A program made the translations under genes and the position numbers. Below are positions 9,692-19,345 of a stretch of 64,000 nucleotides of DNA, piece by piece; positions within the stretch are counted from its first letter, which is position 1; each line of letters begins with the position of its first letter. The notes below the pieces were generated by a model that saw nothing but the letters and a program-made list of their open reading frames with translations, made no database searches and was not told where the DNA came from. This stretch comes from an uncultured Candidatus Saccharibacteria bacterium (lineage in GTDB: Bacteria; Patescibacteriota; Saccharimonadia; Saccharimonadales; JALRHH01). Location of the stretch: positions 66,609-130,608 of the forward strand of contig CAZXDT010000002.1 in the NCBI GenBank assembly GCA_964639295.1. Direction: 5' to 3'.

Positions 9692-10783
9692 ATGAAGCTG
9701 CAAGTCACCCAGGAAAATCTAAGCAAAGCATTGGGAAGTGTAGCTCGTGTAGCGAGTAGTCGAGGAACCTTACCTATATTGTCTAATGTATTAGTAAAGA
9801 CAGTTGATGGAAGACTCAGCATAGCAGCCACAAACCTAGATATTGCAATCACACACTACATTGGTTCAAAAGTAAGTCAGGAAGGCTCAATCACTGTCCC
9901 TGCCCGGCTTATGCAGGATTTTGTAAGTAGCCTTCCAAGCGGCGTTATAGAACTGAAACTTGATGATTTAAAACTCCACATCAATTCAGAAAAATATAAT
10001 TCAGTTATTAATGGGGTTTCTGCGGAAGACTACCCTGTCATGCCCGCAATTACAGAAGGTCAGTCATGGAATATTCCCGGTAAACTTCTAAAACAAGCCT
10101 TACAACAAGTTATTATTGCGGCATCAAGCGATGAAGCACGTCCAGTTCTAACCGGTGTCTATTGGCACACCCACGACGGCAAACTACATATGGTTGCAAC
10201 GGATAGTTACCGTTTAGCGGAAAAGTCACTGATCAATATGAAACAAGACATTGATTTACTAATCCCCGCTAGTGCTTTGAATGACCTACTCCGAATCATT
10301 GGTGATTATGAAGAAGAAGTTATCGTTACACACGATGATCAACAAGTACTCTTTAAAGTTGGTGATGTTGAACTCGTAACACGACTTATCGAAGGTAAAT
10401 ACCCCGACTACCGCAAGCTCATTCCCCGAACATTTGCGAGTGATGCAGTACTTAAGCGCGCAGAACTAACCAATATTACTAAGGTATCAAGCCTATTTGC
10501 CCGCGAAAGCGCAGGCAGTGTCACGATTAACCTCGATGCTGATAGTCAGCAAGTTAGTATTAAATCAATTGCGTCTCAAATTGGTGAGAACGTCGCAAGT
10601 GCTACGGCCGCCATTACAAATGAAGGCAGTATCACACTTAATTCTCGCTATATCCTCGATGCTCTCCATGCACTTGGTGGTGAGGACGTAAGACTCGCCT
10701 TTAACGGCAAACTCGAACCATGTATTCTTGCTGATCCAAAAGCCGGTGACTACCTTCATGTAGTAATGCCTCTTAAAAGCTAG
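9692..10783 (+). CDS. dnaN: DNA polymerase III beta sliding clamp
   Basis: 363 aa in the dnaA-dnaN-recF synteny. Typical N-terminus MKLQVTQENLSKAL...VARV and VATDSYRLA motif. Confidence 0.95.
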   Translation: MKLQVTQENLSKALGSVARVASSRGTLPILSNVLVKTVDGRLSIAATNLDIAITHYIGSKVSQEGSITVPARLMQDFVSSLPSGVIELKLDDLKLHINSEKYNSVINGVSAEDYPVMPAITEGQSWNIPGKLLKQALQQVIIAASSDEARPVLTGVYWHTHDGKLHMVATDSYRLAEKSLINMKQDIDLLIPASALNDLLRIIGDYEEEVIVTHDDQQVLFKVGDVELVTRLIEGKYPDYRKLIPRTFASDAVLKRAELTNITKVSSLFARESAGSVTINLDADSQQVSIKSIASQIGENVASATAAITNEGSITLNSRYILDALHALGGEDVRLAFNGKLEPCILADPKAGDYLHVVMPLKS

Positions 10784-10803
10784 AGCTCCGCTACAATAGA
10801 CTT

Positions 10804-11862
10804 ATGATTACCGATATACGGTTGCAGAAATTTCGTTCATATAAGGACGAGTCATTTGAAATTGACCCAGGCGTCAATATTATTGTTGGACCTAATGCGA
10901 GCGGTAAGACAAACCTACTTGAAGCAGTGCTGGTTACTTGCCTTGGTAGCTCATATAGAGCCCGTGAGACCGAGCTAGTCCAATTCGAACAACCATGGGC
11001 ACGAATTGATGCGCGTACGCCCACAGGAGCTCGTACAGTCAAACTAATTACTGAACCTAGTGGCGCAATAAAAAAAGAATTCATCATTAATGACCAGTCA
11101 CTTAAAAGATTACTATTACCTAAAACCGTTCCGGTAGTTATCTTTGAACCAAACCACCTGCAACTTTTGTCTGGTTCCCCTGATATGCGGCGCGAATACC
11201 TCGATAATTTACTAGAGCAATTAATGGTTGGATATGCCACATTACGTCGCCAATATAAACGTGCGTTGGCTCAACGCAATCGCTTATTAAAGCAAGGCCG
11301 CGAACATGCCGGTAGTCAGTTATTTGCCTGGAATATTCGTTTGAGCCAGTTGGGTGCAGAGATTGCAACTGCACGAGTAAACCTAGTAGAGCAGCTCAAT
11401 AAAGATATCCAGGGATTATACCGCGAGCTTTCGCACAGCGAAGCAAGGGTAGAGATTACCTATAGTGGCAGTTGTAAAACAGATCAATATAGTTCTGACA
11501 TGCTACATAAACTCGAGGCTAGTACCGAACAGGATTTTATCCGTGGCTTTACCGCATATGGCCCACATCGGGATGACATGACTGTTATGTTGAATGGTCA
11601 TCTGCTCCAAGAGTCAGCATCACGCGGGGAAACAAGAACTATGTTATTAGCGCTTAAAATATTAGAACTGCAACTTATAGAGAATAACCGTAACGAAAAA
11701 CCAATCTTACTACTGGATGATGTGTTTAGTGAACTTGATGGTGCTCGCCGCCGCGCCCTTACAGAAGTTCTAAAGGGCTACCAAACATTCATAACTACCA
11801 CAGATGCCGACGTTGTCGTCGAACACTTCATGGGTAGCTGTAATGTCATACCACTTGGTTAG
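10804..11862 (+). CDS. recF: DNA replication and repair protein RecF
   Basis: Walker A GPNASGKTNLLEA, signature SRGETRTMLLALK, Walker B LLLDDVFSELD. Confidence 0.92.
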   Translation: MITDIRLQKFRSYKDESFEIDPGVNIIVGPNASGKTNLLEAVLVTCLGSSYRARETELVQFEQPWARIDARTPTGARTVKLITEPSGAIKKEFIINDQSLKRLLLPKTVPVVIFEPNHLQLLSGSPDMRREYLDNLLEQLMVGYATLRRQYKRALAQRNRLLKQGREHAGSQLFAWNIRLSQLGAEIATARVNLVEQLNKDIQGLYRELSHSEARVEITYSGSCKTDQYSSDMLHKLEASTEQDFIRGFTAYGPHRDDMTVMLNGHLLQESASRGETRTMLLALKILELQLIENNRNEKPILLLDDVFSELDGARRRALTEVLKGYQTFITTTDADVVVEHFMGSCNVIPLG

Positions 11863-13148
11863 AAAGAGAGTGAGTACAGCGCACTCTTATTTTCTTCTGC
11901 TTCAACACCACCAGGGACGGTACTGAATAACAACCTACCGTCAGGGTTTAGTGAGAATGATCCTTTTAACCCCTGCTCATCGCCCGGAGTAGCTGACAAT
12001 AACTGTATGCTCGCATTATCTTTACCCACAGCCCATACTCCGGTTCTTGTTAGAATGAGCACTTTCCCTTTATAGACGACCATGTCGGCAGGGTTTTTGA
12101 AGTAGAGAGGAATAACCTGTTCAGTATTATTTGTAATGACAGTGAGGGACTTGTCGGTTAGTACATAGACACTATTATTTAGTGAGGTTACCCCAGTCAA
12201 CGTTTGTCCCGCCGCGGTGAACTCCCTTACTTTATTGCCAGTGTAGTCGTACTGGACTATAGAGTTGGTTTGTGTTGCCAAAAAGTCCTTTGTATTACCT
12301 TCACTCAGTTCATCAGAAGGTGCATCACCAGTAAACCAGAAGATTGAGTCAGGACTTGTGTAGATGCGCTCTAGCTCCCCACCTTTTGGGTGTGTGGTGA
12401 TATATTTTATGGTGTATCCCATGTCATCACTTGTAAACAGACTGTCCGCAGAAAGAAATATCATGGGTTTACCGGGTGTTCGTGAAAAATCAGTCAGTGC
12501 GACTCTTGGCTCCGGCGAATCACTACCCTCGTCTATAGGCTTGAGGTTGCTCACACCTTGTACCTGGCGTGCGATACCACTCTCTCCGTTGTCGACCGCC
12601 TTACTAAATTGTCCAATGACATCCTTAGTTGATTTGTATACAAAGTTGTTTTTATCAAACCAACTAATTTTGGACATATTAGGCAAGCCTACTAACTCTG
12701 GGCGAACTGCCATATAGTCGTCAGTCTTATAACTGATTAATGAGGCATCAATAGGCACAACACCCTGTATAAGTGTGCCTTCGATGAGAGCATTAGACAT
12801 CGACCCGGTAGATATTACTTGAGGAGTTATTGTAGATCCCAGTTCAAGTTTGATCGTCTGTGCTTTTCCTCTTTTGAGTGAGGCGCCAGAGATTGTTTGG
12901 TTATTGCCTTTTACAGACTTTACGTATACCACTGCAGGCAACTTACGAGTACTATATTTTGCTGTGCCAGTGCCAATCTTCTGGAACTCTCCGTTTTGCT
13001 CCGTTGAGAAGTAGATATCAGCCGAAGAGTCCGTAGTTACGGTTAATTTGGCTGGTCGGTTTAACCACAGAGCCACGGCTATAACGACAAATATTAGTGC
13101 CAAAGCACCAAATATATATTTTTTGGGAACGGTTACTACTGGTTGCAT
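11859..13148 (-). CDS. Bitopic membrane protein with a beta-rich ectodomain (last gene of the T4SS-like operon)
   Basis: N-terminal TM helix IFGALALIFVVIAVALWL, then a beta-strand-rich sequence. Good SD (AGGAGGG) 1 nt after the upstream gene's stop. No family recognised. Confidence 0.5.
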   Translation of the reverse strand: MQPVVTVPKKYIFGALALIFVVIAVALWLNRPAKLTVTTDSSADIYFSTEQNGEFQKIGTGTAKYSTRKLPAVVYVKSVKGNNQTISGASLKRGKAQTIKLELGSTITPQVISTGSMSNALIEGTLIQGVVPIDASLISYKTDDYMAVRPELVGLPNMSKISWFDKNNFVYKSTKDVIGQFSKAVDNGESGIARQVQGVSNLKPIDEGSDSPEPRVALTDFSRTPGKPMIFLSADSLFTSDDMGYTIKYITTHPKGGELERIYTSPDSIFWFTGDAPSDELSEGNTKDFLATQTNSIVQYDYTGNKVREFTAAGQTLTGVTSLNNSVYVLTDKSLTVITNNTEQVIPLYFKNPADMVVYKGKVLILTRTGVWAVGKDNASIQLLSATPGDEQGLKGSFSLNPDGRLLFSTVPGGVEAEENKSALYSLSF

Positions 13149-13149
13149 A

Positions 13150-15021
13150 TTACCCTCCTAGGTTGGCATTTCTGGAAGCCTTAAGGTTGATCTCGACGTG
13201 AAGGTGGTCTGTGTGTGGGTTGGGGCCGTCGTAATCGCGCCAACCATCTTTATTGGCTGACCAGATGTGATGATTCCATATAACTCGTTGCACGCCGTAC
13301 TTTGTTGCGTTGTTAATCATGTAGTTCCGTATGGTGTCCCCTACTTTTTGCGTTTGGGGATTATCTGCGCTGATCATGATATCAAGCGCCCTACCAACAC
13401 CGTGTACACTCACCCCAGGCGATGCGGTATTCTGTCTACAGGAATATCCCCCCACACTCGTAACCGGTGGTTTCCACTTATCTTCAACAAATTTTTTGAG
13501 ACTGGCCGCACCTACCGTGAACGTCCCCGTACACAAAGATTCGGTGAAAGCACCGCTCGGTGGTTCATCAACTTTTACATTAAGGTTAGCTGCAAAGTTA
13601 GGGGTTCTAGAACTTGCAGCGGCTGCCTCAACGGCGGCTGCGAGCTTCTGCTTAAGATCCGAATTTGCAATAAGGTTATCGTAAAAGAACTTACTTCCCT
13701 CCGCCTTTGGGTGAGTGCCATCATATGACTGGTTGGGGCTGAGTGACGGAACCATTACATACTTTGCGCCGATTCTTAGAGCATTTTCTTTGATAACGGG
13801 CTCTATGCGTCTTCGTTTTGCTTCAGCGTTTGGCCCCCAAGGAGTCCAGAAGTAGATAGTATCATGCGGTATACCAAGCTCGTCTGCTTGTTTTGCTAGA
13901 TCATCTATATAGCTGGAAATACCAGCTTGGATTTGTGCATCACTGGCCGGCTTTCCTTCCCCGTTCTCACAGTAACTTCCATCATTATAACCACCCGCAA
14001 CAATGATAAATGTCGGACTTTCCTGCTTTACGTCATCGAGACGTTCTTTGAAGGTTGTCCCCCCACAGGGTCCGTTATGGTTACCTTTTCTGATATAGCC
14101 CGAGCCACCTTGAGCGGATAGTCCGACCTCAACGCCACTATCGTCGCGTAGGTAGCCCCACCAACCCTTTCCATGCGCACTCTCATCTACGTTGCGAGCG
14201 GTCATTGAATCACCAATTGCAAGGATTTTTGGTGTTTTTCCTGACTGCTCGGCGGAGTCGTCACCCGCACATTCTACAGACTGCCCCGGATTATCTGTAT
14301 TAAACCCACTTTCTACGCTCACCCCACTTATAACTCCATTTGCTAAGTCTACTCTGGTATCAAGTGTGTCTTTGGCTGGTCCACTTGTCGGTTGATTTGG
14401 GTTTCTTGCGAGCCCCGCATCCACAACGGTCCCAGGCCTCTCAAAAAATGCTAGGAATATCCATGTTGCTTGCCGTAAGTCAGTTGCTTTTTTAAGCTCG
14501 TCTAGCCCATTTGCTGGGAGTTCTTTAAACAGGAATGGCAACTGAACTTCAAGGGTCATTGGGTCACCACCTGCTGCGGAGTCGAGCAGTCCTTGTTGCC
14601 TCCCCCAAGAAGTCCACTGAGCAATACCAATACCAAAACCCTTTGTTGAGTCTGCCTTGTTTAACCGAATTCCTTCTTTTAGGTCTTCTATTGTTGCGAT
14701 ATATGACGGCGGGTTACCTTGTTTACGGGTTGGTAGTGCGCTACTTTCGCCGAGGAGGTTCCCGACAACACCGGCGGCTTGATGTGTTTCTAGCCCCTGG
14801 GAAGTCAGGAAATTCATTATTTTTTCGGTATTACCACTACCAGATAGAGTAACGCCCGCTTGTCCACATACAACAGCGGCAGGTATCTTATAGTGAACGG
14901 AATCCTGATATATTGCTTTGAGGTCAGTCTCCGAGAGTGCAAGGACGGTGCTTGGTAACATCAGTACGACTATGAAACATAGAGATAGTAGTAGTGTAAG
15001 TGGTTTCACTGACCTGCTCAT
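13150..15021 (-). CDS. Secreted three-domain cell-wall hydrolase: phage-tail-lysozyme-like + SGNH esterase + LAS/M15-like metallopeptidase
   Basis: Signal peptide. AAGVVGNLLGESS...GFGIAQWTSWGR (tail-lysozyme family pattern). SGNH blocks ILAIGDSMTA / GGYNDG / DGTHP. C-terminal SVHGVGRALD (H-x6-D) plus HTDHLHVEI (HxH). Confidence 0.7.
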   Translation of the reverse strand: MSRSVKPLTLLLSLCFIVVLMLPSTVLALSETDLKAIYQDSVHYKIPAAVVCGQAGVTLSGSGNTEKIMNFLTSQGLETHQAAGVVGNLLGESSALPTRKQGNPPSYIATIEDLKEGIRLNKADSTKGFGIGIAQWTSWGRQQGLLDSAAGGDPMTLEVQLPFLFKELPANGLDELKKATDLRQATWIFLAFFERPGTVVDAGLARNPNQPTSGPAKDTLDTRVDLANGVISGVSVESGFNTDNPGQSVECAGDDSAEQSGKTPKILAIGDSMTARNVDESAHGKGWWGYLRDDSGVEVGLSAQGGSGYIRKGNHNGPCGGTTFKERLDDVKQESPTFIIVAGGYNDGSYCENGEGKPASDAQIQAGISSYIDDLAKQADELGIPHDTIYFWTPWGPNAEAKRRRIEPVIKENALRIGAKYVMVPSLSPNQSYDGTHPKAEGSKFFYDNLIANSDLKQKLAAAVEAAAASSRTPNFAANLNVKVDEPPSGAFTESLCTGTFTVGAASLKKFVEDKWKPPVTSVGGYSCRQNTASPGVSVHGVGRALDIMISADNPQTQKVGDTIRNYMINNATKYGVQRVIWNHHIWSANKDGWRDYDGPNPHTDHLHVEINLKASRNANLGG

Positions 15022-15506
15022 TAGTTTGCCTCGCTACAAGCCACGGGCTTATATATAAGTTCATTTTGAGCAGGACATACAACGTAGATGCTGTTGTATG
15101 TGCCATTTACAGTGCTCTCAAGCAGGACTTTGAATGATCGGGCAGCCTCAGGTATGTCCACAATGAAACTTCCTGTGATAACATCACCCGTTGAAGATCG
15201 AGTAAAACTACCTTCTCTGACGTTGCCTGAGTAGTAGGGTTTTGGGTTCTGAATCTGTTTAATAAGGAAACCATACACCATTTGTCCGGTTGCCGTACCA
15301 TCCTTAATAGAGAAATCGTTACTGAGATTAAGCCCGTCAATACCTGATATTGTGACTGTTCTCTGTTCATCGGAAACCGAGTTCGTGGCTTCGGTTGTAT
15401 CTTGTGTTTTGGATGGAGTCTTTGGTTTATTTGTTGCAAGAATAATCAGTAGCAACAAACAGGTAGCCACCGCCCCGACAAGTATCAGTCTCTTTTTAGT
15501 TATCAT
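15021..15506 (-). CDS. Small bitopic protein (possible VirB8-type scaffold; unproven)
   Basis: N-terminal TM helix LILVGAVATCLLLLIILA plus a ~120 aa ectodomain. Start and stop overlap both neighbouring genes. Confidence 0.45.
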   Translation of the reverse strand: MITKKRLILVGAVATCLLLLIILATNKPKTPSKTQDTTEATNSVSDEQRTVTISGIDGLNLSNDFSIKDGTATGQMVYGFLIKQIQNPKPYYSGNVREGSFTRSSTGDVITGSFIVDIPEAARSFKVLLESTVNGTYNSIYVVCPAQNELIYKPVACSEAN

Positions 15507-18500
15507 TTGTAATCCACCTCTGTATGGGCATAAGTTAGTAGCTTTGCTACGTTTGCCGGGATTGTCCGTGTACCGTACTGACCAGGGTTAACATTGTACT
15601 CTTCGACGACGATCGAACCATCAGCCTTAACTTCGGCTACCATGGCAACGTGTCCTGCACTTGAGTTGGCGTGCTCACCTTCATCTGATTTATATCCAGG
15701 CTTCCCAGGTGCGTCGTTATCTGCCTCTACTCCACCAGCGGGCCAAGAAACAACTGAATATACCGCAGCTGCATGATCTACCTTATACCCGAGCGCTCTA
15801 CCGATGCTAGCTGCGAATACATCACCATTACCCATCGGCTCGCCGTGGTACTTACTTACGTGTTTTACGAGCCTGAACTTTACAAAATCCACACACTGGC
15901 CTCCACAAATACCATACGTTGCACTACAGCCCTTGTAGTCATCGCCCATGACCGATGTACCAACTTTCGCAGGTCCAGCTGGTAAGCTAAGCGTTACATA
16001 AACTGGGGCGTGGTCAGAAGCTTGGGAAATAATGCCTGTTTCTGGTTTGCGCGTCCAGCCACTTGCCTTAAGACTACTTGGACCTGCTACAAATATATGG
16101 TCGACACCCCTACCTTTTTCCTGGCCAGTTGAGGGTTTGCCATCTGCGAGAAGACTTGTGTTTTGGAGTACACCACTAGAGTTAAATACATCAATAGCAG
16201 GCTGCCAGTTAAGGCCAATATCTCCACCCGTCAGTACAATGCTTGTATCATCGGCTTTTGTATTTACCCAATCCAGCGTTTTTTGAGCTGCTTCTCGGGT
16301 ATGAGCGGGCGATCCGTTAAATTGCGGGTAGGATGAGTAATGAAGTGGCATAGCATATACCATCTGTCCGGAAGTCATTCGCAGGCCCACCCACGGAGTT
16401 GGGCCGTATCTTCCTCCTCCGCTCCACTGATTAGATGTACCACCATCAACTTTATTCATAGTTTGTGTATTCCAGAAAACGGCGAATTCCCTATTCATTA
16501 CGCCTTCATAGCCACGCGGAGCTAACTCTGCTTTGAGTAGACTAAACATAACATCGGTAGTTTCATTAATCATTACAACGTCAAACTTAGGATTGTTAAG
16601 ATTGGTTGAATCATCACCAGAAATGATCCGTGCTTGTAGTTTTGCACGTGCTTGAGAACAAGCGAAAGTGTTTGTCATTCCCAGATTAGCGCAAGCGGCC
16701 CCTGCGTGTTTGTCGTCAGTCTCCCTTAGGGTGTTGTATGTGCCTACCGTCAGACTGCCTCCTGCTATTGAAGAACTTCCGGAGCTGTTCCCTGTTTGGT
16801 CGCCCAGTTCTTCTTGAGAAAGCAGAGAGTCGTCATACATGGCGCCAGCCATGCCCGTAGAAGCTTCTATAAGCTTACAACCGTTTGTGGTGTCATTTTC
16901 TGGCATCCCAGTATCAGGGTTAACATTATCTTTCTCTGCTTCACCCCAATTCTTAGCTTTGTCGGGGTTGCTACAATCATGCGTACTCCAATAGACTTCC
17001 GGATCCTCCTGGAACACAGGGTCGTTTGAATCATATCCATATTGAGTAACGCCGTACGGGTCCTTGCTGGATGCAGCATCTGCTTTTTTAGTGCCACCAA
17101 ACTGGCTGGTGAGGGTTGCAAACGGGTTTAGTAGTGAACCGGCAAACGAACGCATTGTTCCATTTGTGGTGGTACTTGGTAGTGCAAGCGCCATCTTGGA
17201 AACAACCGAGTATTGGCTAGAGGTATCAAAGACTCGGGCAAAGGTAGACTCGTGTTTGAAATTGTCTTCGTCTTGTTGTCTCATCTCGGCCCTGATCTCT
17301 GCCGCTGTGCTGTCTGGTATCTTATGCGCACCAAGCCCATAATGGGCAAAGATATTGCCCGAAACATCCGCACCACCACCTGCCAGTTCCATATTGCGAC
17401 CCCCGCTTGGGTGCTCTCCGATCACGTCTTTTATAGTTTTCGTTGCAAACCAGTTACCAATATTCGCTATTAAAGGTTCGGCGAGCTTTTCAAGCTGGTC
17501 TACCGCTTGGCTAACCCCAGGCAGGTGCATTACTAAATCGGCAGCTACACCTGAAATAGTGTTGAGTAAAGAACCAATAGTCCCGTTAATAATGTTTGCC
17601 ACCGGCCCTAAAGGGGCGGTAATATCCTTTAAGACACCCGCTAGATCAACGGCAAAGTTTCCTAGCGTCAGAACAACTTCTGGACAAACACCAGAGGTAA
17701 TAAGACTGCCATCGTTACACTTATATCCATTGAACGCCTGCACCTTAGGACCTAGTAAACTCGCAGTTTTAGACGAACTTGTTCCCATAATCTCTTGGTA
17801 TATAGGGGATTCCTCAGCACCCGCGCCGTTTTGATCTGTTCCGGCGTCAGGCCCTAATGAGTCGGCAACGATACCTATATCTGCTGCGTCGGCTTGTCCT
17901 GATTTTATTTCATCGGCGTTCGTCCGGTACATCATATACATAGTGACCATTGATTGAGAGTTGACTACATAGTTAATCTTTTTTAGCGCTGGGGCTGCAT
18001 GCTGCATTGCCCCCACTATTTGTGATACTGAAGTTATCCAGCCTAGTATTGGTATTGAACCACCAACAATTTTACCAGTAAGATCGTTGGTGAATTGCGA
18101 GACTATATGCCCAGTGACCCCTTTTTTCTTAATGCTTTCTGCTTGATCGGCTAATTTTTTTGAGTCGGGGGCATCAAGCCCTAGCGCCACTATCCTAGCT
18201 CTAACATCACGTTCAAGTGCACTTGTTCTTTGCCCGTCGTTATCAGTCGTATCTGAGGCGGTACACGAGAAGTTGCCCAGTGCACACTGGAAAGCAATTG
18301 CGTACATTCCAGCCCGCGGTGTGGTTATCTTATTTAGGAAGTAGTATTTCCACTTAAGACTCCTGGCTGCCTTACGATCTTCCCTGTTCTCTTGCCGCTT
18401 ATCTCGCGTTTCGCAGGCCACGAGGCAACGCTTGATACCGTATTTTTTCTCCAGCAAAAGACCTACTTTATAGCGGTACATGATACGTTTGGCGAATGTT

Positions 18501-19327
18501 TCGTTTTGGAAAGATTTCTTCATCTCCCGCCGGACTTCAGTTCTATTCATTTGTTCGTATACTTTACCTTCGAAAAGCTTCGGGTTTCTTTCGTCGAATA
18601 CACCAGAGAAAAGTTCCATATTCCCTTTACGCATTGAGAATTTATTATTACCGTCTTTCCTGATCTCGATACCCTGGTTCTCGGCAAGCTTACCCTCAAA
18701 GTTTTTATCGCGCCAGGCATTGTATAACTGCGCAACAGGCCCATCACCTGGCGTTACAGAAACACAACTTTTGTTTGCCTTGGTTGTTGTACACTTGGTG
18801 CTCTTGTACATGCTAGGTACAACCTTCTTAACGATGTACTGTCTAAAGAGAGCATCTGTCATCTTGTCGGTTGCTTGTTCTGAGCTGGCATAAAAGTGGT
18901 TTTGGAGGTTGTTGACGATGTGTTGCACTTTCAAGGGCAACAATAGCAACATACTCATAACGATGCCGGCAATAAAACTACCGATAGCTGCCCCGATAGA
19001 GATTTTCTTACCGTTACGCTTGAGTAGCCCGCCGCTTTTCTTTTTATTGGGCTTACCCTTGCCCTCTTCTCTATAACCCGAACCAACTTGAGAACCCTCT
19101 CTGGGGTCTACGGTCGGACCAGATGCGGATTGGCTTGGATTTTCTTCGGCTTCTTTGAGGTCTTCGCCAGAGAGTCCCTCACGTGCAGCAATATCATCAG
19201 CAGCGCCACTGTAAGCAGCATCTTCCATTGCCTGTTCTTCTTCAGGGCTAATAGCTATCCCTTTAAGAAAGTCGGGAGTAGTCGAATCTTTTGCAGTTTC
19301 GTCGTCTTGTTTTGTTGGTGACACCAA
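15503..19327 (-). CDS. 1274-aa membrane-anchored protein with EEP (endonuclease/exonuclease/phosphatase) and C-terminal CHAP peptidoglycan amidase/peptidase domains
   Basis: TM helix ISIGAAIGSFIAGIVMSMLLLLPL. EEP motifs LTVGTYNTLRE, GGDIGLN, VDHIFV, SDHAPVYVTL. CHAP triad context CGGQCVDFVKF ... GHVAMVAEV ... VEEYN. Confidence 0.7.
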   Translation of the reverse strand: MVSPTKQDDETAKDSTTPDFLKGIAISPEEEQAMEDAAYSGAADDIAAREGLSGEDLKEAEENPSQSASGPTVDPREGSQVGSGYREEGKGKPNKKKSGGLLKRNGKKISIGAAIGSFIAGIVMSMLLLLPLKVQHIVNNLQNHFYASSEQATDKMTDALFRQYIVKKVVPSMYKSTKCTTTKANKSCVSVTPGDGPVAQLYNAWRDKNFEGKLAENQGIEIRKDGNNKFSMRKGNMELFSGVFDERNPKLFEGKVYEQMNRTEVRREMKKSFQNETFAKRIMYRYKVGLLLEKKYGIKRCLVACETRDKRQENREDRKAARSLKWKYYFLNKITTPRAGMYAIAFQCALGNFSCTASDTTDNDGQRTSALERDVRARIVALGLDAPDSKKLADQAESIKKKGVTGHIVSQFTNDLTGKIVGGSIPILGWITSVSQIVGAMQHAAPALKKINYVVNSQSMVTMYMMYRTNADEIKSGQADAADIGIVADSLGPDAGTDQNGAGAEESPIYQEIMGTSSSKTASLLGPKVQAFNGYKCNDGSLITSGVCPEVVLTLGNFAVDLAGVLKDITAPLGPVANIINGTIGSLLNTISGVAADLVMHLPGVSQAVDQLEKLAEPLIANIGNWFATKTIKDVIGEHPSGGRNMELAGGGADVSGNIFAHYGLGAHKIPDSTAAEIRAEMRQQDEDNFKHESTFARVFDTSSQYSVVSKMALALPSTTTNGTMRSFAGSLLNPFATLTSQFGGTKKADAASSKDPYGVTQYGYDSNDPVFQEDPEVYWSTHDCSNPDKAKNWGEAEKDNVNPDTGMPENDTTNGCKLIEASTGMAGAMYDDSLLSQEELGDQTGNSSGSSSIAGGSLTVGTYNTLRETDDKHAGAACANLGMTNTFACSQARAKLQARIISGDDSTNLNNPKFDVVMINETTDVMFSLLKAELAPRGYEGVMNREFAVFWNTQTMNKVDGGTSNQWSGGGRYGPTPWVGLRMTSGQMVYAMPLHYSSYPQFNGSPAHTREAAQKTLDWVNTKADDTSIVLTGGDIGLNWQPAIDVFNSSGVLQNTSLLADGKPSTGQEKGRGVDHIFVAGPSSLKASGWTRKPETGIISQASDHAPVYVTLSLPAGPAKVGTSVMGDDYKGCSATYGICGGQCVDFVKFRLVKHVSKYHGEPMGNGDVFAASIGRALGYKVDHAAAVYSVVSWPAGGVEADNDAPGKPGYKSDEGEHANSSAGHVAMVAEVKADGSIVVEEYNVNPGQYGTRTIPANVAKLLTYAHTEVDYK

Positions 19328-19345
19328 AAACCCTCTATACGGTTA

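Noticed and set aside
9105-9695. 196-aa and 67-aa ORFs, plus a 149-aa antisense ORF, spanning the dnaA 3' end and the dnaA-dnaN spacer.
   Set aside because: They are off-frame overlaps with the confidently called dnaA. The remainder is covered by DnaA-box-like repeats.
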